From an uncultured delta proteobacterium (lineage in GTDB: Bacteria; Desulfobacterota; RBG-13-43-22), in the NCBI GenBank assembly GCA_963790475.1, contig CAWBOS010000001.1, positions 192,529 to 256,528 on the forward strand: 64,000 bases of DNA, in the 5' to 3' direction. The translations under genes and the position numbers were made by a program. Within the stretch, counting starts at the first letter, position 1; every line of letters starts with the position of its first letter. The notes beneath the pieces were generated by a model. The model worked only from the letters and a program-made list of their open reading frames with translations, did no database searches and was not told the origin of the DNA. Positions 20,804 to 30,414 of the stretch are shown piece by piece.

Positions 20804-21619
20804 TCAGCTTACATCCTTGAATCGAGGTTCCCTTTTTTCCAGATTGGCTTTGACGGCTTCCACCTGATTCGGTTGGCCGATAACGGATCGTTGAAGTGCC
20901 GCTTCAAGTTTTAAACCCTCTTCCAGGCTAAGGACTCTGGAGGAATTTAAAAGTTTCTTTCCGGCCCTGATAGCGTCGGGGGATTTGGAGGCGATCTCCC
21001 GAGCTAATTTCATGGCCTCCCCGTGAGGGTCTTCACTGACCCGGGTAGCCAGACCCAGTTCGACAGCTTCCTTTCCGGAAATGACACGACCGGTAAAAGT
21101 CAATTCTTTAACCACATCCAATCGAACCAGATGGCGCAAGAGTTGAGTCCCGCTCATATCCGGAACCAGCCCCCATTTAATTTCCAATACCGACAAACGG
21201 GCGTCCGGGGCAACGATACGAATATCCGCACCCAGGGCTACCTGGAGTCCTCCGCCGTAGGCTACTCCGTGCACGGCGGCAATGACCGGGACCGGAAGCA
21301 CCTGCCAGATAAAGGCGACCTGTTGGGCGAAATTGGCCGGGCTCTCCTTGTCCGTTTCGAAAATTCCTTGCCCCAATTTCTCAACGTTTGAATCGGTCAT
21401 GGCCTGGAAACTCATAAAGTCCAAACCGGCGCTGAAGGCCTTTCCTTCACCGGACAGAACCACCGCCCGAAGGGAATTGTTGGCCGCCAGCTCTTTCCCC
21501 GTTTTGGTCAATCCCTCGAACATGGCCGGGTCAAGGGCATTCATTTTGTCCGGACGGTTCATCCGGACATCGGCCACCCCGTCGGCCATTGAATAAACAA
21601 CTCGGGCAGACATGTTCAT
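20804..21619 (-). CDS. Enoyl-CoA hydratase/crotonase family
   Basis: NRPDKMNAL, FSAGLD, AYGGGLQVALGADIRI, EIKWGLVPDMSG. Confidence 0.9.
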   Translation of the reverse strand: MNMSARVVYSMADGVADVRMNRPDKMNALDPAMFEGLTKTGKELAANNSLRAVVLSGEGKAFSAGLDFMSFQAMTDSNVEKLGQGIFETDKESPANFAQQVAFIWQVLPVPVIAAVHGVAYGGGLQVALGADIRIVAPDARLSVLEIKWGLVPDMSGTQLLRHLVRLDVVKELTFTGRVISGKEAVELGLATRVSEDPHGEAMKLAREIASKSPDAIRAGKKLLNSSRVLSLEEGLKLEAALQRSVIGQPNQVEAVKANLEKREPRFKDVS

Positions 21620-21681
21620 TTCTCCTTTTGTAACAATTTAGGATTTTGAGAATTAAGTCTTTTCAAGACAGCGTTAGAGTC

Positions 21682-21760
21682 AAAATCCCCCTCAATCCCC
21701 CTTTTTCTAATCCAGCCAACGGCGGGACTCCCTTTGAAAAAGGGAGGTCGGGAGGGATTT
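21682..21760. repeat. Repeat family E (REP-like), copy 1
   Basis: AATCCCCCTCAATCCCCC...AAAGGGAGGTCGGGAGGGATTT; inverted copy at 51172-51244. Confidence 0.7.
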
Positions 21761-21791
21761 AATGATACCTCCTTTTTTCTTCATTTATCGT

Positions 21792-22757
21792 TTAAGCCAG
21801 TTGATCCAGCCGTTTTTTGGCCTCCGCGGCTTCCTTCATGATCCGCTTCATCAGGTCGGCAACGGTGGGGATGTCGTCGATGAGACCGATGACCTGCCCC
21901 ATGGGATAAATTCCCTCACTCAGATCGCCGCTGTTCCAACCTTGAAAACTTACCTTGCCACTGATCATGGGAGCCAATTCTTCCAGAGAGGCCTTTCGCC
22001 CTTCCATTTCGATGATCTTTTCGGTCCAGGGGGTTCTCAAGACCCGGGCCGGATTCATCAGGGATTCCATGACCAGAACGGTTCCTGTTTCTTCGGATTC
22101 CACGATCTTGGCTTTGGCCGCCGGATGGAGAGGACACTCCTGGGTGGCCAGAAAACGGCTCCCCATGTTGACCCCCTCTGCGCCCATGGCCAGGGCCGCT
22201 AAAAAAGTCCGTCCATTTCCGAAACCACCTCCGGCAATCAGGGGGGCCTTGATTTTAGCTGCGGCCTTGGGGATTAAAATCAAGGAAGTGACTTTTTCCA
22301 TACTGGGATGGCCGCCGCACTCGGTACCGACGATGGAGACGATGTCCACCCCCATGCTATCGGCTTTGACGGCATCCCGGACCCGGGCGCATTTATGAAT
22401 ATGGACCAACCCGGCCTTGGAAATCATCTCCCGGTAAGGTTGGGGGCTGCGGCCGGCGGTTTCCAGAATCTTTACTCCGGCCTTGATGATGGTTTCCAGC
22501 ATCTCTTCTGGCGGTTTGGGCATAAGGGACGGGAACAGGGAAATGTTCACCCCGAATGGTTTTTTGGTCAATCCTCTCGTTTTCTCGATAGCCTCGGTCA
22601 ACTCCTCCGATGTAGGATAAATGGCAGCGGCCAGGCAGGCCAGTCCGCCGGCATTGGCCACGGCGGCTACCAACTCGGGTTTGCTTATGGACATCATGGT
22701 TCCACATTGGATCGGATATTCTATTCCTAACAACTCGGTCATTCTGGTTTTAAACAT
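21792..22757 (-). CDS. Nitronate monooxygenase / FabK-like family
   Basis: KTRMTELLGIEYPIQ, GTECGGHP, IAGGG, GVNMGSRFLAT. Confidence 0.9.
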   Translation of the reverse strand: MFKTRMTELLGIEYPIQCGTMMSISKPELVAAVANAGGLACLAAAIYPTSEELTEAIEKTRGLTKKPFGVNISLFPSLMPKPPEEMLETIIKAGVKILETAGRSPQPYREMISKAGLVHIHKCARVRDAVKADSMGVDIVSIVGTECGGHPSMEKVTSLILIPKAAAKIKAPLIAGGGFGNGRTFLAALAMGAEGVNMGSRFLATQECPLHPAAKAKIVESEETGTVLVMESLMNPARVLRTPWTEKIIEMEGRKASLEELAPMISGKVSFQGWNSGDLSEGIYPMGQVIGLIDDIPTVADLMKRIMKEAAEAKKRLDQLA

Positions 22758-22834
22758 TGAGCCTCCATTCTTTGTTCGTCATTTATTTATTTTTACAAGC
22801 ACCATATCAATTTAGATTTTTGAAATAAATGTTC

Positions 22835-23025
22835 CCACCGCAAAGCCGCAAAGAACGCAAAGAGAAATATTCATTGATTGCCGTGAGGGGCCGGCAATCA
22901 ATAACCTTCGCTTATCCTCGGTAATTACTTGGCCGGAGGCCAAGGCTGTTATATTCAATCCCGTCTTTCATGGGATTGAATAAAGCTAAATATCTTTGCG
23001 ATCTTTGCGCCTTTGCGGTGAATAA
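22835..23025. repeat. Repeat family C (CACCGCAAAG...CTTTGCGGTG), intact copy
   Basis: Inverted termini and internal hairpins; the second copy at 30177 is interrupted by an IS110. Confidence 0.75.
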
Positions 23026-23061
23026 GGTTTTTTTTCAAAAACCTGAAGTGTTACCAAATAT

Positions 23062-23586
23062 CTAATTTTCCTGGATCGCTTTTAATATTTCCCCCAGGGC
23101 ATTACGGGCGATGGCCCTCATTTCATCATCCGTCCTGTCCTGGATGGGATGAGGCACAAACACGGCCGCCGGATCAAATCCCAGGGCCCTGGCTTGCGAC
23201 TCTCCGGCCTGCTTAAATTCTGCTGAAGCAACATAAACGCCGGCCACGCCCCGTCCTTCCAGATCAACGATGTCGTGCACACTGCACGACGTGCAAGACC
23301 CTCAATCGGCCAGGGCTTCAATCACCACTTCACATTGGGACCTGATCTCCTGTTTAAGCTCCAGGGGGGCCACTCTGGCAAAGGTGGGTTTTTGATACCG
23401 ACGGACTTTCAGTCCTTGTCCGGTAAGCTGTTTCTCCACTTCATCCAAAAAGATGTCTCCCCGGGGTTTGGAAATATTCAGCAGCCCGATAGTTATCCCC
23501 TTCAGATCGTCAGGGCGCTTTACCCGTTCCCGCATCTCCGGCGACCGCTCAGCCGTGGGGTCCAGTAAAACGGTTGTTTGATTCAT
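23062..23586 (-). CDS. UGSC-family selenoprotein, ~174 aa, Sec at TGA 23304-23302
   Basis: ORFs 23302-23586 and 23062-23280 are in frame; read-through gives VIEALAD-U-GSCTSCSVHDIVDLEGRG. Confidence 0.88.
23272..23290 (-). promoter_or_regulatory. SECIS-like hairpin of the UGSC gene
   Basis: mRNA GTCGTGCA-GTG-TGCACGAC: 8-bp stem, loop ~20 nt after the UGA. Confidence 0.6.
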
Positions 23587-25022
23587 TTTCGAACCTCCTT
23601 GGTTACAAGCTGGCTTCCTCTTGGGCCGCTGGCCACCCAGCCGCCGATAATGGCTGAAAACTTTCCGGCAGTACCCCCGGCATAAACAAGAGTAAGACCA
23701 CCTGGCCGAAATTTGGGAAAGGTCATGTCCTTCATTTCTTCAGGGATTCCCTCGGCAATCCCCTGGGCCCCGCGCACCAGCTCTTTACCGGGGACTTGAA
23801 GCCAGGTGTCCAATTCCTTTTTTAACCGGGCCTTGGTCCAACCGGCCTGCCGGAATATCTGACCGTGTTCCGGTGAGATCACCAAAAGGGCATCGGCGGC
23901 CAGGGGGATTTTGGGATGGGCCACGGTCCGCAGGCACAAGGCCAAGGACCGGGCCAGGGATTCGGGTGTCCGGGAAAGCTGGTCCACCACGGCCTGAACC
24001 CCGTCTCCGGCAAAAAGGCTTACTGTGGAGGCCCCTTCCGGAAATCCCCGTTCCACAGAAAGGGGCTCCCAGGGGGAATCTAACTCGTCCTCGGCGAAAC
24101 AAAAGGTATATTTTCCGGGATTACCCAGGACTGCCCGATCGATCTCTCCCGGCCTTCCGCCTCCTACATTTCGGACTATCAACTGGAGGGCCCGACCGAT
24201 GGTGGCATTGGCCCGATTCCCTTGACCGAGGGCATTGACCCCGGAGTTCATTCCGATGGCCCGGGTAACGGGGCCGTTGACGATCACCACCGGACCGGAA
24301 AAATAAGTTGTGGCCAGAAGACCATGCAAACAGAACTCATCCAAACAGGCCGCTTCCACGGCTGCCAGCACAACCGGCAGATACTCCGGTTTACATCCGG
24401 CCATGACGGCATTGATGGCCGCTTTTTCCACAGTACAGGGCGCCTGGTTGGGGGGAATGATTCCCACTAATTCATCCGGGGATCTTGAGGTTCCTTCCAG
24501 CATGCGTACCACACGGACTTCAGTGGGCGGCACAACGGGCAACCCGTCTGTCCATCCCCGGGAAAAACAGGTTTCCATCTCGTCTTCCAAGGGTGGCGAG
24601 GTTATGCGCCGTGAAGCCAGATGAATACCTCCGAAGCGGACCGCCAATTCCTCCACTATTCCGGGTTCGCAATTTTTGGAACCGCAACCCGGTCGAAAAG
24701 GGGGAAGCCCTTCTCCCAGTCCTTTGATTCCGGTCATGGCCCGCCATTCTTCCCGGTCCCAGCCGACGGTTCGCCCGATCTCCCGGCCGTTTTTCAGACT
24801 AATCAAGGTGGGGACGGTTTCAATTTGGAAATGGCAGGACTTTTCCAGTAAGGTATCGTTGACGACACCCGGTATTCCTTCCGGAAAACCAGGGTCATCC
24901 TGGGTAAAGATAGAAAGCGATTTATCACCTTTGGAAATGGCTTTCATAACCGGCACAATCATCGTGCAGGTAGCGCAATCCTTTTTACAAAACAGAATCA
25001 ATCCGTCCGTTAGTTTCTCCAT
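23583..25022 (-). CDS. Thioredoxin-like (CxxC) domain fused to UGSC-associated domain
   Basis: N-terminal KKDCATC and ETVPTL; RPGCGS; RGWTDGLPVVPPT, NAVMAGC, RANATIGRA; 4-bp overlap with the UGSC gene. Confidence 0.75.
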   Translation of the reverse strand: MEKLTDGLILFCKKDCATCTMIVPVMKAISKGDKSLSIFTQDDPGFPEGIPGVVNDTLLEKSCHFQIETVPTLISLKNGREIGRTVGWDREEWRAMTGIKGLGEGLPPFRPGCGSKNCEPGIVEELAVRFGGIHLASRRITSPPLEDEMETCFSRGWTDGLPVVPPTEVRVVRMLEGTSRSPDELVGIIPPNQAPCTVEKAAINAVMAGCKPEYLPVVLAAVEAACLDEFCLHGLLATTYFSGPVVIVNGPVTRAIGMNSGVNALGQGNRANATIGRALQLIVRNVGGGRPGEIDRAVLGNPGKYTFCFAEDELDSPWEPLSVERGFPEGASTVSLFAGDGVQAVVDQLSRTPESLARSLALCLRTVAHPKIPLAADALLVISPEHGQIFRQAGWTKARLKKELDTWLQVPGKELVRGAQGIAEGIPEEMKDMTFPKFRPGGLTLVYAGGTAGKFSAIIGGWVASGPRGSQLVTKEVRK

Positions 25023-25100
25023 GGCTTTCCCTTACTGTTTGGTCAATGAAACCTTTAACTGAAAACGGAACCCCCAAACAGATATGATGAACATGAAACA

Positions 25101-25243
25101 GGTCGTCACCCCTTCTGGCGAATCCCGGGTCCAGGAGATTATAATTACTTAAAAACACTGAATTCCGGCTGGAGTCTTTCCCGCACTTGATGCGGGACCG
25201 GAATGACCTGATTTCGGTTTTGGCGACTTTTGTGAGTCCATCA
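25101..25243 (+). repeat. Repeat family D copy with extra TTCT in its first hairpin
   Basis: GTCGTCACCCC(TTCT)GGCGAA..GGGTCCAGG...ATTCCGGC...CCGGAATGAC...GCGACTTTT. Confidence 0.75.
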
Positions 25244-25258
25244 GGTATAAGGGGTTCA

Positions 25259-26350
25259 TTACCTTCGGGACACCGCGGCTTTTATGGCTTCCCGCAGGGC
25301 CTTTCCATCTTTCGGGGGTTCAAGAAAACCGGGTTTATTGACCATGGCAATGGCTTCGGTCGGGCAGCCGGTGGCGCAGACGGCACACCCAAAACAGCGG
25401 TCGAGGTTTACCATCGGGAGATCATTCTCTCCCATGGTCAAGGCCTCGGGCGGGCAGCGATCGATACAAGTGCCGCAGGCCGTGCAAACATCGGCATCAA
25501 ATCGAGGTTCGAAACCCGAATTGAAATACAGGCCAGGTTTGGCCTTGGCCAGGACATTTTTTACGGCAAAACAATGCCAGCGGTCGCAGTTGCAAATAAA
25601 ACCGATATCCTCGGTCATATTCTGACTCATGTGAATCAACCCGGCCTCTTCGGCCCGATCCAGTACCTGGCGAGCCTCTTCCTTGGTCACTTGCCGGCCG
25701 CCTAATCTTTCTATGACATATTGGGCCATAGGTCCGAATTGCATACAGACATCATTGGGCATCCCATGGATATCTTCCCCCTGCAACAGCGCCGCGTGCC
25801 GACAATAACAGGTGCTGATAGCAATAGGGTCGTATTTGTCGATAAAGGTTTGAACCTGGTCATAGGTGTGGACCTGGTTGTCGACCTGCACTACGGCATC
25901 GACAGTGATGACCCTGATCCCGGGAAAATCCGGTCCCGAACGATCCGTTTTTTGATCATAAGCCTTTTTATAGGCATAAATGAGCTTGGCTATTTTTTTG
26001 TCGCGCTCGGTGGTTTTCCCGGGCATGAATTGAAATTCCAATATGCCGGGCATAAACCTGGCCGCCTGGTAATATCGGGTTTGATCCACTTTCAAAGTCG
26101 TACAAAGTCCTTTGTCGGCCATGGCCTCGAGGATCTTCTCGATCTCTCCCTCGTCCCGGCCCATGGCCTCGGCCAGGCCCTTGGCCGTAAAGGGACCCCT
26201 GGGCATGGCATTGTTGACTTCCGCTTCCTGAGGGGTGAATAATTCTTCCACCAGGGAAAAGAACTCGGGAATATCCATTCCGGCATATCCTCCTCCGCGC
26301 CTGGTCATGACTGTAAGTAAATGCTGGTAGACTTCCTGACTCATCTTCAT
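25259..26350 (-). CDS. 4Fe-4S binding protein (HTH + Cys-rich domain + C-terminal ferredoxin)
   Basis: CYCRH, EEAGLIH, FICNCDRWHC, CTACGTCIDRCP, CFGCAVCATGCP. Confidence 0.85.
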   Translation of the reverse strand: MKMSQEVYQHLLTVMTRRGGGYAGMDIPEFFSLVEELFTPQEAEVNNAMPRGPFTAKGLAEAMGRDEGEIEKILEAMADKGLCTTLKVDQTRYYQAARFMPGILEFQFMPGKTTERDKKIAKLIYAYKKAYDQKTDRSGPDFPGIRVITVDAVVQVDNQVHTYDQVQTFIDKYDPIAISTCYCRHAALLQGEDIHGMPNDVCMQFGPMAQYVIERLGGRQVTKEEARQVLDRAEEAGLIHMSQNMTEDIGFICNCDRWHCFAVKNVLAKAKPGLYFNSGFEPRFDADVCTACGTCIDRCPPEALTMGENDLPMVNLDRCFGCAVCATGCPTEAIAMVNKPGFLEPPKDGKALREAIKAAVSRR

Positions 26351-26357
26351 TTTCTCC

Positions 26358-26963
26358 TTAAGGTTTTTTATTATTGGGCGACGATGAACCCAGAATGCGT
26401 TCAAAAATCATCCGATCAAAGATTTTATAGGGAACAAGGCTTTTGGAAACCTTCATCTGCATCAAAGTGCCTTCCCAACTATTGAGGATGAAATCCGTGC
26501 TTTCCTCAACATCAATCGAATCGGGTATTTTGCCCTGTTGCCTGGCTTGAGCCAGATGGGCGGCCAGATTCTTTTTAATATCAATAAAGGCCTGATTCAG
26601 TTTTTTTCTGAAGGCAGGATTCCGGCCTCCCATTTCCTGGGACAGGTTGCCGATGGGGCAACCGCCTTTGAAATCGCTACGCTGGAATGATTCCGCCTGC
26701 CCTTTAAAAAGATGTCTAACCTTTTCCAGGGGGGAGAGTTTTTCGTTCCGGTAAAACCCCTGGGCATTGGATTCCAAATATCCTGCAAAGAGGTCAATAA
26801 GCTGCAGGCCGAAGTCCTCCTTGTTTTTGAAATAAAAATAAAATGATCCCTTGGGGACTTTGGCTTTTTCCAATACTTCGGCCAGCCCGGTATTAAAAAA
26901 GCCTTTTTGCAGGACAATTCCCGCACCGGCTTTCAGAATGCGTGTTTTGGTGTCCGTTTTCAT
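26358..26963 (-). CDS. TetR family regulator (NemR/AcuR-like)
   Basis: HTH VPKGSFYFYFKNKE, GCPIGNLSQE, WEG. Confidence 0.9.
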   Translation of the reverse strand: MKTDTKTRILKAGAGIVLQKGFFNTGLAEVLEKAKVPKGSFYFYFKNKEDFGLQLIDLFAGYLESNAQGFYRNEKLSPLEKVRHLFKGQAESFQRSDFKGGCPIGNLSQEMGGRNPAFRKKLNQAFIDIKKNLAAHLAQARQQGKIPDSIDVEESTDFILNSWEGTLMQMKVSKSLVPYKIFDRMIFERILGSSSPNNKKP

Positions 26964-26969
26964 CTTTGC

Positions 26970-27686
26970 TTAATCAGCGGAGAGGCTCTGTCTGGCGGCG
27001 AGATAGGCCGGATCATCAATATCCATAACCCTCAGAATATGCTTGAAGCCCACTTCTTTGATGGGTTTCAGGATATTCCTTCCCTTGTTCATGGTTTTGG
27101 AAAAGGCTATGACCTCCTTCATCAGGTCATCAAGATGACAGGCCTTAAATACCGCTTTGTGGGCCTCCAGTTCCGCGGCCGTGTAACGTTTGCCGGTCAA
27201 CTGGGCTTCCAGAGAAAGATGACCGGGCAGGGCTTTCTTAATGAGGGCGTCCATACCCGGCATAAAGGGGATATGGATGTCGACCTCAGGAAAGCAGAAA
27301 TAGCCGCGGTCGGTACGCATAAAGCGGAAGTCGAAAGCGCAAGCCAGGATGGCCCCCCCGGCAAAGGCGTGGCCGTTGATGGCGGCAATGGTGATCAGGG
27401 GATAGGTTAAAATGCGGCGAAGGACGTCCATAATCCGCATGGAAAACCGTGACCCCGTTTCCGGGTTTTCGGCCACGGCGGCCCGCAACCAGTCCAGGTC
27501 TATCCCGTTGGACCATATTTTGGAGTCGGCGCTCTTAACCACCAGGACGGTGGCCGGTGTTTTATTTTCGATTTCATCCAGAATGTTTAAAAAGGCCTCC
27601 AGGAAGGAGAGGGTGAAGCGGTTTTCACCGCTTTTCATCGTCAACACAGCCACATGTTCATCCAGCTGATACTCGAATAGGTCCAT
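26970..27686 (-). CDS. Enoyl-CoA hydratase/isomerase (delta3-delta2 isomerase-like)
   Basis: ENRF, WSNGIDL, INGHAFAGG, FRFMRTDRGYFCFPEVDI. Confidence 0.85.
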   Translation of the reverse strand: MDLFEYQLDEHVAVLTMKSGENRFTLSFLEAFLNILDEIENKTPATVLVVKSADSKIWSNGIDLDWLRAAVAENPETGSRFSMRIMDVLRRILTYPLITIAAINGHAFAGGAILACAFDFRFMRTDRGYFCFPEVDIHIPFMPGMDALIKKALPGHLSLEAQLTGKRYTAAELEAHKAVFKACHLDDLMKEVIAFSKTMNKGRNILKPIKEVGFKHILRVMDIDDPAYLAARQSLSAD

Positions 27687-27714
27687 CGGTAAAATATCCT
27701 TTCTATTTTTTAAT

Positions 27715-27865
27715 GATGAGTTCGTTAAAAGTCGTCACCCCGGCGAAAGCCGGGGTCCAGGAAATTTATAACCAGTTAAAAACACTGGATTCCGGCTGGA
27801 GTCTATCCCGCGCTTGATGCGGGGCCGGAATGACGAATCCGGGCTTCCGGCGACTTTTTGCGAAG
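27715..27865 (+). repeat. Repeat family D copy
   Basis: AAAAGTCGTCACCCCGGCGAAAGCCGGGGTCCAG...GGAATGAC...GCGACTTTTTGCGA. Confidence 0.8.
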
Positions 27866-27965
27866 TTGGCATTTATTGAGTTACAGTTTCATTGAACCGT
27901 TCCCGGTCTGTTGACAACCCGCTTTTCAACATGTAGACGATTTCATCTCAAATGGTTTATGGGGA

Positions 27966-27994
27966 ATAGTAGACCGGTCGTCTACACCTGTCAA
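27966..27994 (-). promoter_or_regulatory. Sigma70 promoter of the crotonase-TetR-ferredoxin operon with a TetR operator between -35 and -10
   Basis: TTGACA-17nt-TACTAT on the minus strand; palindrome GTAGAC-CGGTC-GTCTAC (27969-27985) resembles the NemR-type TAGACC..GTCTA box. Confidence 0.7.
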
Positions 27995-28051
27995 GTTGTT
28001 TTTAGACTTTCCTTCTCCTTTTGTTTTTAATAATGCTGTTTTTAATAATGC

Positions 28052-28080
28052 TTGACAGGCAACCCCTTCCTGGTTATAAT
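28052..28080 (+). promoter_or_regulatory. Consensus sigma70 promoter of the DEAD-box helicase gene
   Basis: TTGACA-17nt-TATAAT, exact consensus. Confidence 0.8.
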
Positions 28081-28319
28081 ACCTTCATTATCAGTTGGAA
28101 GTTCTTGTCAATAGCTCCGGAAGCCGAATCGATCAGGCCCTGCCTGGGGCACAAAAGCCAAGTGCTAGCGGACAGTTTTACAGCCTGAGCGGCGGTTTCA
28201 CCGGCAACCCCTCCGTATTCATCCTAAAGTCCTCCAAATTTATTATCAACCAGCCGGATCATTCCATTGGGCGGAACTTTACCTTTCGAGGAAAGCCGAC
28301 CCGAGGAAAAAGGAGATCT

Positions 28320-29705
28320 ATGTCATTTTCATCTTTTGCACTTCACCCCCAACTATTAAAGGCCCTTGAAGAAAAGGGTTTTCATCAGCCCACTCCGATT
28401 CAGGAACTGGCCATCCCCGCCCTGCTACAGGGCAGTGATGTCATGGCTTCGGCCGTCACGGGAAGCGGCAAGACGGCCGCCTTTTTACTTCCCATCCTCC
28501 ATCAACTGATCGGACAGCCCCGGGGAAAAACCAGGGTACTGGTTCTGGTACCCACGCGGGAACTGGCCGTGCAGATTGCCGAGCATCTGCATGATCTGGC
28601 TTTGCATACCGCGTTGAAAGGCGCCGCCGTCTACGGAGGAGTCTCACCCGTTCCGCAGGAACAGGCTTTTAGAAAGGGAGTGGATTTTGTGATTGCCACG
28701 CCCGGACGCCTCCTGGACCATATGCGCAACAAATACGCCAAACTGGAGGGGTTAAGTCATCTTATTCTTGACGAAGCCGATCGTATGCTCGATATGGGAT
28801 TTCTCCCCGACATCCGTCGTATTCTGGACGGCATTCCGAAGAACCGTCAGACCCTTTTCTTTTCGGCCACACTTCCTCCACCGATTGTTGCCCTGGCCAG
28901 GGAGATGCTCAATAACCCGATTGCTCTCAATATCACGCCGAAACCGATACCGGCCTCACAAATCACCCATGTGGCCTATCCCGTGCCCCATGAATTAAAA
29001 TCAACCCTTCTGCTCGCCCTGCTTAAACAGAGTGCTACTAAGAGCGTCCTGGCCTTTACCCGGACCAAACACCGGGCCAACCGGCTGGCCGACTTTCTTG
29101 AAAAACACGGGGTCTCCTGTGCCCGGATACACGGCAACCGTAGTCAGAGTCAACGGACCGAGGCCCTGGCCGGATTCAAACGGGGGAGGTTCCGGGTCCT
29201 GGTGGCCACGGACATCGCCGCCCGGGGGATCGATGTGGAGGCCATTGGTCTGGTCTGCAACTTCGATGTGCCCCACCTGGCTGAAGAATACGTTCACCGG
29301 GTTGGCCGGACTGGCCGGGCCAGCGCTTCAGGGGATGCCTGCACCCTGGTTTCACCTGATGAAGAGCACACTTTCCGATCTATCGAACAGAATCTTGGAC
29401 GGCGAATGCCCCGGGAGACGGTCCAGGGATTTGATTATAAGAAGAGGCCATCGGAACGTTTCGAAATCCCTCTTAACGAGCGGATTGCCGCTATCCGGAC
29501 CCGGAAAGCCGGGGAACGGGCCCGCCACCAGGAAAAAGAGGAATCGAGAGGCCATAGACCAACCAGGGCGAATGGTTCGGTGTCCAAAGAGGTCTCCCAA
29601 CCCGGATTTGCCCGCGAGCACCGGGGAAACAGCACCATTTTCGGATTTTCCAAGGGGAAAGGAACGGCCTTAAGACGGCCTTCCCTGCAGGATCGATCGC
29701 GGTAG
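28320..29705 (+). CDS. rhlE: DEAD-box RNA helicase (RhlE-like)
   Basis: Q motif PTPIQ, TGSGKT, PTREL, TPGRL, DEAD, SAT, ARGID, HRVGRTGR; AGGAG RBS before ATG 28320. Confidence 0.9.
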   Translation: MSFSSFALHPQLLKALEEKGFHQPTPIQELAIPALLQGSDVMASAVTGSGKTAAFLLPILHQLIGQPRGKTRVLVLVPTRELAVQIAEHLHDLALHTALKGAAVYGGVSPVPQEQAFRKGVDFVIATPGRLLDHMRNKYAKLEGLSHLILDEADRMLDMGFLPDIRRILDGIPKNRQTLFFSATLPPPIVALAREMLNNPIALNITPKPIPASQITHVAYPVPHELKSTLLLALLKQSATKSVLAFTRTKHRANRLADFLEKHGVSCARIHGNRSQSQRTEALAGFKRGRFRVLVATDIAARGIDVEAIGLVCNFDVPHLAEEYVHRVGRTGRASASGDACTLVSPDEEHTFRSIEQNLGRRMPRETVQGFDYKKRPSERFEIPLNERIAAIRTRKAGERARHQEKEESRGHRPTRANGSVSKEVSQPGFAREHRGNSTIFGFSKGKGTALRRPSLQDRSR

Positions 29706-29758
29706 GCATCAGGCATTCAAACCTCTGTAATTAATAAGCGGAGAATCCATCATATTTT

Positions 29759-29789
29759 TGTAGGGGTCGGTTTAAATCCGGCCCCTACA
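29759..29789. repeat. REP-like hairpin GTAGGGG..CCCCTAC
   Basis: TGTAGGGGTCGGTTTAAATCCGGCCCCTACA palindrome. Confidence 0.55.
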
Positions 29790-29926
29790 GGGTGGGGGAG
29801 AACCTATTTATACCTTTACCGAAAAGAGGCAGTGGGTTGAACTTAGGAGAGGTTATTGAGTTTGACAATAACCCGTGTTAGATTATAATCGTCCTCAAAA
29901 ATATCCCTATTGGAAAAGGAGACATC

Positions 29927-30112
29927 ATGGATACAGAAAAGATAATGGATAATTTATTTAAGGAATTGGGGGTGGCCTTGAAGGCCATATCTACCGCCAA
30001 AACCGTAGAAGACAAAGTGGCCTACAGCGAAATTATTAAAAATTTAAGTGAATCCCTGGGAATTTTTCTGGATTTGGCCACCACGATCATGGAAGACGAA
30101 ATCGAAGACTAA
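29927..30112 (+). CDS. Small acidic hypothetical protein
   Basis: AGGAG RBS; TTGACA-16nt-TATAAT at 29862-29889. Confidence 0.65.
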   Translation: MDTEKIMDNLFKELGVALKAISTAKTVEDKVAYSEIIKNLSESLGIFLDLATTIMEDEIED

Positions 30113-30176
30113 CCTTATCACGATCCGTTTTAATACATTTAAGTTATGCATCAATTTAGCTTTTTGAAAACTGTTT

Positions 30177-30355
30177 TCACCGCAAAGGCGCAAAGAGCGC
30201 CAAGAGGAACTTTTATTGGCTGCCGGTGAGGGGCCGGCAATCAATACCCTTCTCTACCCACCAGGTAATTATTTGGACGGAGTCAGAGCTGTTTTATTCA
30301 ATCCCGCCTCTCACGGGATTGAACAAAAATGATTCTCTCTGCGTCCTTTGCGTCT
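30177..30355. repeat. Repeat family C copy interrupted by IS110 (remainder at 31954-31968)
   Basis: Rejoining the flanks gives CTTTGCGT-CT-TTGCGGTGAATAA, matching 23003-23025. Confidence 0.8.
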
Positions 30356-30414
30356 GGTTTATTGTTGTCAAGAGTTTTTTAAATATTATTAAACAAACTG
30401 GTAACTATCTTAGA

